NCBI GenBank assembly: GCA_019057375.1
Contig: DXJF01000112.1
Coordinates: forward strand, 15,932 to 79,931
From: Candidatus Heimdallarchaeota archaeon
GTDB taxonomy: Archaea > Asgardarchaeota > Heimdallarchaeia > Heimdallarchaeales > Heimdallarchaeaceae
Length of the DNA: 64,000 nt
Direction of reading: 5' to 3'
Made by a program: the position numbers and the translations under genes. Of this stretch, positions 49,296-58,497 are shown in pieces. Numbering within the stretch: the first letter of the stretch is position 1; the number at the start of each line of letters is the position of its first letter. A model generated the notes under the pieces. The model was given only the letters and a program-made list of their open reading frames with translations, did not search any database and had not been told where the DNA came from.

Positions 49296-51641
49296 ATGAC
49301 AATTAATGAAGTATCCCTATCCCTTGAACAACTAGCTCAGTATCTTGCTGAGAAACAAAATCTCGATAAGGAATTCAAAGGTGTCAACTATAGCCATGCA
49401 ATATCTATAATAAACAACATAGTTATTTTTCAAGATTCTGAATCACTTTTTGTAAGGATGAGAACCTACTCTTCTAATCTTCTTCAATCGCTTGTAAAGA
49501 ACAAGCATTTGGTTCATGCTCCTTTCAAAGAAAACAAGCTATCATATGTTGGTAGAGACAATCTATCAGCCTTTCATAAAATCTCAATAAAAGAAAATAT
49601 TGAGTACAAGAAACCACAAGCCAAAGCTGTTCTTGACCATATTAGGGGAGAGGATTCTTCTACTCGCTTTAAAATAATGGAACACTTTGAATTAACTAAG
49701 GATGCTGTGATGGAAATCCTTTCTGAGCTTAGAAATAATTTTCAAATCTTCATGTTTTATAATGGAACTAACTGGTCTATTTTCAGTACAAAACTATTGT
49801 TGGAGGATCATTCAACAAGCAAAACATCTGCGATTTCAGATTTAATTTATAATGTTATCAAAAGCTTTGGACCTATAACAGTTCCTCAAATTATACGAAT
49901 TCTTAACATGACTGGTGGAAGGATAAGTACAAGTATAATTGAACTTTTTGAAAATAAGAAAATTGTAAGAGGAAATTTCATAGAGAACTCAAGTTATGAA
50001 GCTTTTTTAACTAGTGATGAATTGGATTATTTGAGAAAATATCTAGAAGCATACACCCCCCCAGTAACTCGTCAGATTGTGATACTTCCAAAAAACGATC
50101 CTCTTTCAGAATATTGGGCCTCTGCTGATTTCTTGAACATAGATGAAATAAAAAGTGAAATTGTATATGTTGATGGTAAACCCGTATGTTCCTTTGACTA
50201 CAAAATTGTGGGAGATAAATTGCATGTTTCTAATTTTATACGGTCAGTGGAATATACTGTTCTGGAAAAGGAAATCAGAGATAAGATTCAAGAGTTTACT
50301 GAAAATAAAGGAAAAATTCTTGTCTTTCCAGAATTACAATCAGAAGTTATCGAAAATCAATCAAAAATTTTTGCCAATATTCTTTCTCAGCGAGGGTATA
50401 GGTCTCGCTCTTCTGGATTGGTCTATTCAATGACAGGAAAGAAAGTACTAGTTGGTGATAAAAATCTATTTCCAACAGAAGATATTTTTCCTCTTTTGCT
50501 GAGTAAGCAATATCTTAGTGGCAAAACTCAATTCACAACCAAGACTGAAATTTTGAAGGGATTGGGATCGTTGGGAATTCCACTCCCTATGACTTCTGTT
50601 CTGATTAGAACAAGTTCTGGAAAAGAACAATATTTTGATGAATTGGTGAAAGATAAGCAACTTGCTCTTGGTAAATTTGGGTCATTTACTCGCGGTTCTG
50701 TTGTATCAAAAGATTATCCTGTCTTTGCAAAACTTAGTCCATCTAGATATCACGGAGTATTAGAAGAAAGAATTCTCAATCTAATTAAGCAGAAAGAGAG
50801 AATTAACTTTTCTCAGTTAAAGGCCTCTCTAAATCTATCCAATCGAGTCCTCCTATCATCTATTCAGAAATTAGAAAATTCTCATGAAATAGTCCAATTA
50901 AAGTCTGTTTCAGATCAGATTATCTGGATGTCAGTGTCTAAATTTCTCAGTGGTATTCAAACCAAAAAATATGAAACTCAAAGAGAATCATGGTTAGATG
51001 TTATTTATAGAATTTTATCATCAAATTTACCGTTGACAATTGATCAATTAGCTAATCTAACAGGTTTATCTAATACTCAGATTGAAGTTAATATCAAGGA
51101 ACTAATAGCTTCGAAAGGTGTTAGATCTGGAAGATTTATGGAAGATGAGGAAAATGTCCAATTCACAACAAAAGAAGTTGAAAGCTTTATATCTGGATAT
51201 ATCTACCAGAAGGACGATAATTTAATACAAGCAGACAGTGTAGAGCTAATTTACCTTCCTCGAAATGATCCTATGTTAGTAGTTTATAGAAATTACCTTC
51301 TGAAACGATTTAAGCTTCGTTCGCTATTCTCTCGATCTGTTCCTTCTGATTATGGTGAAATAATTCTCAAAAACGGTGAACCTATTGCTCTTCTACATAT
51401 TAAAAAGGTAGAAAAATTAGATTTTATTAACAACATCGAGATTTTACCTGAATTCAATGATACTCATACATTAATGTTCATTTTCGGTGCAATTCAGGAA
51501 TTCTTCCATAAAACAAAAGAAGAAGGGAAAAGAACAATTCGAATCAAACAAATCAATAGTATCCCGCTTTCTTCGAAAGAGGGAAAAGATTATGCTAAGC
51601 TGTTGGATGATATGCAGATAAATTACCAAATTCTGTCTTAA
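49296..51641 (+). CDS. Partner protein made of two modules paralogous to the Lhr C-terminal repeats
   Basis: FGPITV, G.F...E, LPKNDPL and LPRNDPM...K.EPIA repeat the Lhr LGPVSL...LPKNDPF...DGEMVG pattern; GGTGA RBS at 49287. Confidence 0.75.
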   Translation: MTINEVSLSLEQLAQYLAEKQNLDKEFKGVNYSHAISIINNIVIFQDSESLFVRMRTYSSNLLQSLVKNKHLVHAPFKENKLSYVGRDNLSAFHKISIKENIEYKKPQAKAVLDHIRGEDSSTRFKIMEHFELTKDAVMEILSELRNNFQIFMFYNGTNWSIFSTKLLLEDHSTSKTSAISDLIYNVIKSFGPITVPQIIRILNMTGGRISTSIIELFENKKIVRGNFIENSSYEAFLTSDELDYLRKYLEAYTPPVTRQIVILPKNDPLSEYWASADFLNIDEIKSEIVYVDGKPVCSFDYKIVGDKLHVSNFIRSVEYTVLEKEIRDKIQEFTENKGKILVFPELQSEVIENQSKIFANILSQRGYRSRSSGLVYSMTGKKVLVGDKNLFPTEDIFPLLLSKQYLSGKTQFTTKTEILKGLGSLGIPLPMTSVLIRTSSGKEQYFDELVKDKQLALGKFGSFTRGSVVSKDYPVFAKLSPSRYHGVLEERILNLIKQKERINFSQLKASLNLSNRVLLSSIQKLENSHEIVQLKSVSDQIIWMSVSKFLSGIQTKKYETQRESWLDVIYRILSSNLPLTIDQLANLTGLSNTQIEVNIKELIASKGVRSGRFMEDEENVQFTTKEVESFISGYIYQKDDNLIQADSVELIYLPRNDPMLVVYRNYLLKRFKLRSLFSRSVPSDYGEIILKNGEPIALLHIKKVEKLDFINNIEILPEFNDTHTLMFIFGAIQEFFHKTKEEGKRTIRIKQINSIPLSSKEGKDYAKLLDDMQINYQILS

Positions 51642-51681
51642 AATGGGGATAGATTTTTTTATTTCAAAATACTATCTAAGT

Positions 51682-52545
51682 ATGATGATACGTAAAGCAA
51701 TTTATGCGGGTTCATTTTATAAAAGTAATTCGGATTCATTAATTAAATCAATAGAAGCCTGTTTTATGGATTCCTTGGGACCAAGAAAACTCCCAAAAAG
51801 GATAACTGAAACAGAAGAAACACCACCCTTCTTTCTTGTTCCACATGCTGGTCATATGTATAGTGGTTCGGTCGCAGCTTCAAGCTTTCTGGAGTTGAGC
51901 AAATATAGAAAACCTGATACCATTGTAATCTTAGGGCCTAATCATACGGGTATGGGTTCTGAAATTGCTGTTCCAGAAGTGGAAGGATGGGAATCCCCAC
52001 TAGGAACAATGAAAATCGATCAAGAATTTGTTGATAAGCTAATTGACAAATGCAATTTAGTCACAAAAAATGATTCATCCCACAGTAGAGAACATTCAAT
52101 TGAAGTTCAATTACCCTTCATTCAGTTTCTATATGATGATCCTCCAGCTCTTGTTCCAATTGCAATGTTGAACCAAGGTTATGACTCAAGTATATTACTT
52201 GGTGAAACTATTGGAAAGATGATTGATGAAGAAAATATAATTGTATTAGCTAGTAGTGATTTCACTCATTTTGAAAGTCATGATTCAGCTAAGGAGAAAG
52301 ACACACGAGTGCTTAAAGCAATTGAAAACATGGACTCTAAAACTATGTATGAAATAAAGTATCAAGATAATGTGTCAATGTGTGGCTATGGACCAATAGC
52401 AGCTACTATCGAAGCAGCCAAACAAACTGGTAGGGAAAAGTGCAGAATACTTAATTATGCTACATCAGGGGACGTTTCTGGAGATAGAAGTCAAGTAGTG
52501 GGATATGGATCAGCTATTTTCTATAAAAATGAATTAATTATCTAG
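51682..52545 (+). CDS. MEMO1/AmmeMemoRadiSam protein B
   Basis: AGSFY, PHAGHMYSG, GPNHTG, EHSIEVQLPF, SSDFTH, MCGYGP motifs. Confidence 0.9.
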   Translation: MMIRKAIYAGSFYKSNSDSLIKSIEACFMDSLGPRKLPKRITETEETPPFFLVPHAGHMYSGSVAASSFLELSKYRKPDTIVILGPNHTGMGSEIAVPEVEGWESPLGTMKIDQEFVDKLIDKCNLVTKNDSSHSREHSIEVQLPFIQFLYDDPPALVPIAMLNQGYDSSILLGETIGKMIDEENIIVLASSDFTHFESHDSAKEKDTRVLKAIENMDSKTMYEIKYQDNVSMCGYGPIAATIEAAKQTGREKCRILNYATSGDVSGDRSQVVGYGSAIFYKNELII

Positions 52546-52601
52546 ATGTCTCCATAGAAACAATTATCAGCAACAATAGACTCTTGGGAGTAGTGAGCTA
52601 A

Positions 52602-53129
52602 GTGTCAAAGAAAACATATCTTACTAACAAAATAGTTCTTATTGGCGATGCAAGAGTGGGGAAAACCTCCTTGGTTCGAAGATTCGTATCCAATATGTTT
52701 GATCCATCTTACAAGATTACTTTAGGTACAACAATAATGAAAAAAGAAGTTGATTACCTTTCTTACAATGTGACACTCGCTATATGGGATATTGGAGGTC
52801 AAGAAGTTTTCAGACAAATAAGAAGCAAATATTTCTTTGGAAGTAAAGGCGCTTTAGCTATTTGTGATGCCTCTAATTATGAATCTTTTAAGAATCTCCC
52901 CTCTTGGGTTGAATCTTTTAAAAAGGAAGTGGGAGACAAACCTATCATTTTTATAGCAAATAAATGTGATTTAAAAGATCAAAAAGTCACTGAAGATGAC
53001 ATGAATCAATTGATTAAGGATTTCAGCAACACTGAATATTTGTATTCCTCTGCAAAAGATGGAACAAACGCTGAAAAAGCTTTTATCAACTTAACCAGAC
53101 TTATGGTTGCTGCCGAAGACATAGTGTAG
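52602..53129 (+). CDS. Rab-like small GTPase
   Basis: GDARVGKTS, ITLG, WDIGGQE, NKCD, SSAK; GTG start. Confidence 0.9.
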   Translation: MSKKTYLTNKIVLIGDARVGKTSLVRRFVSNMFDPSYKITLGTTIMKKEVDYLSYNVTLAIWDIGGQEVFRQIRSKYFFGSKGALAICDASNYESFKNLPSWVESFKKEVGDKPIIFIANKCDLKDQKVTEDDMNQLIKDFSNTEYLYSSAKDGTNAEKAFINLTRLMVAAEDIV

Positions 53130-53146
53130 TTATTTGAATAACACTC

Positions 53147-53623
53147 TTAATCAGTTTGAAGTTCATTTCTTAAAAGATACAATGCGAGTGTTATTTCTCC
53201 TAAGCAACCCAGTTCATTCCCTTTATCAAAGTAAACTGAAATACCTTTATCTAGCTCTTGTTTAGTTAAACCTGGTTCAGATCCACCAAATATTAGCAGA
53301 ATATTTTTTCCTTCTTTGTAAGAAATTGCTATGTTTTCTGGATTAAAGATTTCTTTTGAAAAGGGTTGTTTGATAAAGAGATAAACCTCGTCAGGTTGGC
53401 ACAATTCAATAGAATCATCAATATCTTGCAAATATAAAAGGTTAGCTTTTTTTGAATGAACTAGCTTTTGTGCAACTGGTACTCCACTTGTTGCAGCGGT
53501 TCCTGATGCCTTTGAAAGTACTATATCTCTTGCCCCCAATCCCAATGCTATTTTGACGAATTCTCTACAGTAATTTACACTACTGAAATTGTGTAATTGA
53601 ACAATAATTTTCCCAGAACTCAT
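53147..53623 (-). CDS. Small SPOUT-family protein (COG4080-like)
   Basis: LHNFSSV...SKASGTAATSGVP...FGGSEPGL SPOUT-knot-like pattern. Confidence 0.65.
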   Translation of the reverse strand: MSSGKIIVQLHNFSSVNYCREFVKIALGLGARDIVLSKASGTAATSGVPVAQKLVHSKKANLLYLQDIDDSIELCQPDEVYLFIKQPFSKEIFNPENIAISYKEGKNILLIFGGSEPGLTKQELDKGISVYFDKGNELGCLGEITLALYLLRNELQTD

Positions 53624-53722
53624 TGTTTAGAGAAAATCGTGCCACTAAAAAAGGATAGCTATTCGTTCTTTTAGTAATCTACGACAATTTTTAAAAACAA
53701 ACATGTAGAATAAACATTAATT

Positions 53723-53797
53723 GCCCCGATAGTATAGCGGCTAGTATTGTGGATTGTGGCTCCATAGAGGCAGGTTCGAATCTTGCTCGGGGCACCA
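53723..53797 (+). tRNA. tRNA-His (GUG)
   Basis: Acceptor stem GCCCCGA/TCGGGGC, D arm, anticodon arm GTGGA-TTGTGGC-TCCAT, T arm GCAGG-TTCGAAT-CTTGC, A73 plus encoded CCA. Confidence 0.95.
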
Positions 53798-53812
53798 GCT
53801 TTTTTTTTATTA
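53798..53812 (+). terminator. Oligo-T terminator after tRNA-His
   Basis: GC followed by a long T run immediately 3' of CCA. Confidence 0.55.
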
Positions 53813-53876
53813 ACTTTGTAGTAAGTGAGGAAGATTTAAAGAAGAGTTATCATTGATACAATATCAAGGTGAATAT

Positions 53877-54347
53877 ATGCCATGGGTTGATGAAGTCATC
53901 TTGGGAGGAACTTTTGACCATCTTCATCAAGGACACAAGGCACTTTTGGAAGCCGCTTTAAGTTTTGGTAAATTAATCCGTATTGGTTTAACTAATGATA
54001 ATTTTGCTAAGAGTCTTAGGAGATCTGATCGAAATTTGGACTTAATGCAAACATTTGATATAAGAAAAAGAGAATTACAGAAATATCTGGAAAGAAGAGG
54101 TTGTACAGATTTTGAAATAATTGAAATTGATCATAGATATGGTTTCGCATTGAATGCAAAAAATGCTGAAGGAATAGTAGTAACAGAAGAAACCTATCCA
54201 ACAGCTGTTGATATCAATAAACTTAGACCATTAAGTGGTATGGATCAATTACTAATTTTGGTAATTCCTTTTGTTTATGATGAACAAGGAATAATCATAA
54301 GCTCAAGAAGAATAAGACAACAATTAGCTGAAGTAAAAGAGAATTAA
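53877..54347 (+). CDS. coaD: Phosphopantetheine adenylyltransferase (archaeal/eukaryotic type)
   Basis: GGTFDHLHQGH, GLTND, IVVTEET, ISSRRIR motifs. Confidence 0.88.
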   Translation: MPWVDEVILGGTFDHLHQGHKALLEAALSFGKLIRIGLTNDNFAKSLRRSDRNLDLMQTFDIRKRELQKYLERRGCTDFEIIEIDHRYGFALNAKNAEGIVVTEETYPTAVDINKLRPLSGMDQLLILVIPFVYDEQGIIISSRRIRQQLAEVKEN

Positions 54348-54368
54348 AAAGAGTTTGTTCTGGAATTT

Positions 54369-54899
54369 TTAATCTCTAACTTCAATTCCCTGAAGAATTT
54401 CCTCTCCCATTACAATAAATGCATCTTCAACATTGATTCCATTTTTAGCAGAAGTTTCAATAAAGCCGATACATCCAGAATCTTTAGCGTACTTCTTACC
54501 TTCTTCTGTAGAAACATCTCGTAAATCTTCAAGATCATTTTTGTTACCTACAAGCATGAGCATAATTCGAGGACTCTCTGTTCTGGCTTCTCGAATCCAA
54601 GTATCCAGATTTTCAAAGGATTGGCGACGAGTAATATCGTAAGTTACTAATGCTCCTAAACTGCCTTTAAAGAAAATTTGACGCATGGATGCGAACCTAT
54701 CTTGTCCAGCAATATCCCAAAGTTGCAAACAAACTCGAGTATCTTTAATAGTCTCAAATCGGCTGTAGGGTTCCATACCTATCGTCATGAGGTATCCTGC
54801 CTGAAATTTGTTGTGAATGAATCTCTGGACTAAACTTGTCTTACCTACTGCACCGTCTCCTAGTAAAAGAATCTTGAAAGTATACTTGTAGCTTGCCAT
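54369..54899 (-). CDS. Rab-like small GTPase
   Basis: GDGAVGKTS, TIG, WDIAGQDRF, YDITRRQSF, GNKND, ETSAK motifs. Confidence 0.92.
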   Translation of the reverse strand: MASYKYTFKILLLGDGAVGKTSLVQRFIHNKFQAGYLMTIGMEPYSRFETIKDTRVCLQLWDIAGQDRFASMRQIFFKGSLGALVTYDITRRQSFENLDTWIREARTESPRIMLMLVGNKNDLEDLRDVSTEEGKKYAKDSGCIGFIETSAKNGINVEDAFIVMGEEILQGIEVRD

Positions 54900-55107
54900 T
54901 TACTATTCAAAGACTTGATATCCTTATTGTTTATAATTATTTTGATGTTTCCCGTCTTGTTCTGAAAAATAAAAAACTAATAATTTCATTCATTGCAGCA
55001 CTAAATAAATGGAGCACGCATTTCTCAACATTGATTAGCTAGTTGATGGTTAATGTCACATTGAAGAAACTTTTTAACGTTTTGAATTTTTTTAAATTTA
55101 GTCCAAA

Positions 55108-57045
55108 ATGATCGATCAAAACAATCTAGATTTTAAAAAATTAGGCTTTCATGCTGGTTTGGAAGTTCACCACCATATAAAATCTAAACGCAAACTTTTC
55201 TGTAATTGTCCCACTATTCTTGAGGAAGATCCAGAGAATATGGAATATAGTTTTTATAGATATTTTCGACCTGTACTTGGCGAGATGGGAGACTTCGACC
55301 CAGGTATGCTTGTAGAATTCGAAAAAGGATACAAAGTAATTTACCTAGCTAATGAAAGAAATACTTGCACTTATGAAATGGATGAAACCCCTCCGTTTTT
55401 CCCTGATATGGAAACCATTGAGAAGGGCTATATTCTCTCCGAATACTTCCATTGTACTTCATTTGCTGAAGAAATTGTAGTAAATAGAAAACAGTATTTG
55501 GATGGTTCTATTACTACTGGATTTCAGAGAACTTTTATTTCTGCAAGAGATGGTTGGGTGCCTGTAAATGGTAAGAAAGTTCGAATAACTAATTTGCATA
55601 TTGAAGAAGATGCGGCACGTAGAGTTAATTGGGATGATACTTCTAGTCGAACAGTGTATTTTAACCTAGATAGATTGGGTTTTCCTCTAACTGAAATAAT
55701 TACAGAGTATACAGATATTGAAACCCCTGGGGAATTGATAGAAACAGCAAAACAGATTGGACGAGTTTTAAGAATAAGCAAAATTGGACGAAGAGGTTTG
55801 GGTACAGCTCGACAAGATGTAAACATTAGTATTACTGGTGGAAACCGTGTTGAGATTAAGGGAGTTCAAGATTTGGATTTGTTTGATTTGATGTGTCGTA
55901 ATGAAGTGGTTAGACAGCATACTTTGATAGAAATAAAAGAGGAAATGCTTAAACGAGGAATTACTGAAGAAGATTTTGAACATACATACGTTGATGTTTC
56001 TCATCTATTCGAATCTGAAGTCAAACACTTTGCAGTTATTTGTCCAAAAATGAAAGGACTATTTGGATTAGAAGTTCAGCCAAACAAAGATTTTGGTTTG
56101 GGAATTTTTGAAAAAAGCATGTTAATAACTGGGATTCCTAGAGAGGATCAATACCATAGTGATGAATTTGAGGATGGATCCATTAGAAGAAATTCAGATT
56201 ATCCTAGTAAATTGAAAATTGACAAGCAACTCTATGATAAACTATGTTCAATTCTAAATCCTAAAGAAACTGATGCTTTTGTTGTTGTGAGAGGCTCTGA
56301 AAAACAATCTATGCACGCTTTAAAGAAGATTATAGAAAGAATAAAGATGGCACTGGATGGAGTTCCACAAGAAACTAGAAGATTTATTCGAAATGGTAAC
56401 TCTGAATTTCTAAGAGTCATTCATGGGAAGGATAGAATCTACCCGGACACTGATACTCCTCCTGTTGTAATCTCTTTAGATAAAATTGAAGAGATAATTA
56501 GAAATATAGGAAAACGACCTTGGGAGGTTTCTGAAGAGCTCAAATCAAAATATGGTTTCAGCCAAAATAAAGTTGACCTTCTCATTCGAGATGAACAACT
56601 GGACAGTTTCTACAAATTTACTGAAGAGCTTAACTTGAACGCTCATTTAGCTTTCAAGCTTCTGATTGATATTCCTAGAGAAAATAGAAGAAAGGAAAAT
56701 ATTCTCAATGAAGAGACAATAGAAAGAATTGCCAGTTTATTAGCCTCAGAGACTACTATACCAGAACAACTAAATCAGGTTATTTCGCTTCTTTCTAGAA
56801 ACAAACATCTAACAGATGAAGAACTAATAGTTCAACTAAATATCAAAGAAATATCAAGTGAAGAATTGGCAACAATTGTTAAACAAAAAATAGATTTTAT
56901 TGGAAAAGACAAATTACAAACATCAGAAGACGAACAAAGATATCTCCCAAAGATTGTTGCTCTAGTTTTAAAGGAATGTAACTATTCAATCAAAGGACAA
57001 ACTGTAGTGAGTCTTGTTAATTCATTCATAAAGGAGGTAATCTAG
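55108..57045 (+). CDS. gatE: Glu-tRNA(Gln) amidotransferase subunit E
   Basis: GLEVHH..KLFC, RKQYLDGS...GFQRT, EEDAAR, LDRLGFPL.EI, RRGLGT.RQDVN, RIYPDTD motifs. Confidence 0.93.
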   Translation: MIDQNNLDFKKLGFHAGLEVHHHIKSKRKLFCNCPTILEEDPENMEYSFYRYFRPVLGEMGDFDPGMLVEFEKGYKVIYLANERNTCTYEMDETPPFFPDMETIEKGYILSEYFHCTSFAEEIVVNRKQYLDGSITTGFQRTFISARDGWVPVNGKKVRITNLHIEEDAARRVNWDDTSSRTVYFNLDRLGFPLTEIITEYTDIETPGELIETAKQIGRVLRISKIGRRGLGTARQDVNISITGGNRVEIKGVQDLDLFDLMCRNEVVRQHTLIEIKEEMLKRGITEEDFEHTYVDVSHLFESEVKHFAVICPKMKGLFGLEVQPNKDFGLGIFEKSMLITGIPREDQYHSDEFEDGSIRRNSDYPSKLKIDKQLYDKLCSILNPKETDAFVVVRGSEKQSMHALKKIIERIKMALDGVPQETRRFIRNGNSEFLRVIHGKDRIYPDTDTPPVVISLDKIEEIIRNIGKRPWEVSEELKSKYGFSQNKVDLLIRDEQLDSFYKFTEELNLNAHLAFKLLIDIPRENRRKENILNEETIERIASLLASETTIPEQLNQVISLLSRNKHLTDEELIVQLNIKEISSEELATIVKQKIDFIGKDKLQTSEDEQRYLPKIVALVLKECNYSIKGQTVVSLVNSFIKEVI

Positions 57046-58437
57046 ATGGTAGAAGAAAATGTTATTTTTGATCCAGAGGGATATAGAGGGTCGTTAAGAG
57101 AACGTTTGATTAAGGATAAAATCAGAACTTGGAGTAAAGTTTCTGTGAAAAAAGGTGAAGCACATTATGAGGGACTGTTACTTCCTCGAAGTCAGCATAC
57201 TGATGATGATTACGTTACACTAAAAGTAGATACTGGGTACAATCTAGGTATATTAGTTGATGAGGAAACAGATATCCAAGAAATTGGTTATCAGAAAGGT
57301 CATTATAAGCTTCCACACGTTGATGTAGAATTCAAGAAAGAACTTCCAAACGTTACTCTTCTAGGAACAGGTGGAACAGTAGCTTCAAGATTAGATTACC
57401 GCACTGGAGCAGTACTACCAGCTTTTACTCCCGAAGAGTTATTTTCAGCGGTTCCAGAATTAACCTCTACCGTCAATCTGACTCCAAAAACTCTTTATCA
57501 GATTCTAAGTGAAAATTTCAGACCCGAATATTGGGTTAAAACAGCGGAATCGATAGCTAAGGAAATAGAATCAGGAGCTAATGGTATAATCGTCGGTCAT
57601 GGAACTGATACAATGTGCGTTACTGGTTGTGCATTGGCTTATTTCTTAAGAAATCTGCCGGTACCTGTTGTTCTTGTAGGTAGTCAAAGAAGTTCAGATC
57701 GACCATCATCCGATGGACCTCGAAATATTCTCTATGCTGCACAACTTGCTGGTTATGAGAATTTTGCTGAAGTTGTCATATCCATGCATGGTACTCCTAG
57801 TGACAGTTATAATCTGGTTCATAGAGCCACTCGATGCAGAAAAATGCATTCGGCACGGCGTGATACTTTTAGAAGTTTGAGTGACATACCTTTAGGTAAG
57901 ATAGATTATAGTGGTACTACCTGGTTCAAGGATGATATTAAACCTCGTTCAAATCCAGAGGATTTCTATCTTGATGCTAAGATTGATAGTCGAGTTGGAA
58001 TGCTCTATTTCTATCCAGGTATGAATCCCGATCTTCTAGAATCAATGGTTGACTTAGGATATCATGGGGTTATAGTAATAGGTACTGGATTAGCACATGT
58101 AGGAACAGATGTTTATCCTGCCTTAGAGAGATGTCAAGAAGAGGAAATACCTGTAGTAATGGTAGTAGAACCATTGTATGGTTTTGCACAGTTACGTGTC
58201 TATGAGACAGGAAGAGATATGCTAGCACGAGGAGTCATCGAAGGAGAAAATATGCTTCCATCAGCTGCATATACCAAATTAATCTGGGCACTTGGACATA
58301 CTAGAAATCTTGACGAAGTAAGAGATATCATGCTTACTCCTATAGCAGGAGAAATAACCAATAGAGAAAGTCCTAGAGGTTTTATGATAATGCAAGGAAT
58401 TGAACCAGGGATAGACCAGATATTGAAGAATCTTTAA
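57046..58437 (+). CDS. gatD: Glu-tRNA(Gln) amidotransferase subunit D
   Basis: N-terminal EGLLLPR..KVDTGYNLG; GTGGTVASR, HGTDT, GSQRSSDRPSSD motifs; AGGAGG RBS. Confidence 0.95.
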   Translation: MVEENVIFDPEGYRGSLRERLIKDKIRTWSKVSVKKGEAHYEGLLLPRSQHTDDDYVTLKVDTGYNLGILVDEETDIQEIGYQKGHYKLPHVDVEFKKELPNVTLLGTGGTVASRLDYRTGAVLPAFTPEELFSAVPELTSTVNLTPKTLYQILSENFRPEYWVKTAESIAKEIESGANGIIVGHGTDTMCVTGCALAYFLRNLPVPVVLVGSQRSSDRPSSDGPRNILYAAQLAGYENFAEVVISMHGTPSDSYNLVHRATRCRKMHSARRDTFRSLSDIPLGKIDYSGTTWFKDDIKPRSNPEDFYLDAKIDSRVGMLYFYPGMNPDLLESMVDLGYHGVIVIGTGLAHVGTDVYPALERCQEEEIPVVMVVEPLYGFAQLRVYETGRDMLARGVIEGENMLPSAAYTKLIWALGHTRNLDEVRDIMLTPIAGEITNRESPRGFMIMQGIEPGIDQILKNL

Positions 58438-58497
58438 TATCTCTTCCTTTTGTTATGTTCCAAAACTTTTTAGATTTCAACTAAATCGGTCTTAACA

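Noticed and set aside
51682-52545. Complete AmmeMemoRadiSam system
   Set aside because: Only the MEMO1 component is present; no AMMECR1 or radical SAM gene in the window.
52592-52600. 9-nt match (AGTGAGCTA) to the C/D-like guide just upstream of the Rab-like gene
   Set aside because: Too short to exceed chance in 64 kb of double-stranded sequence.
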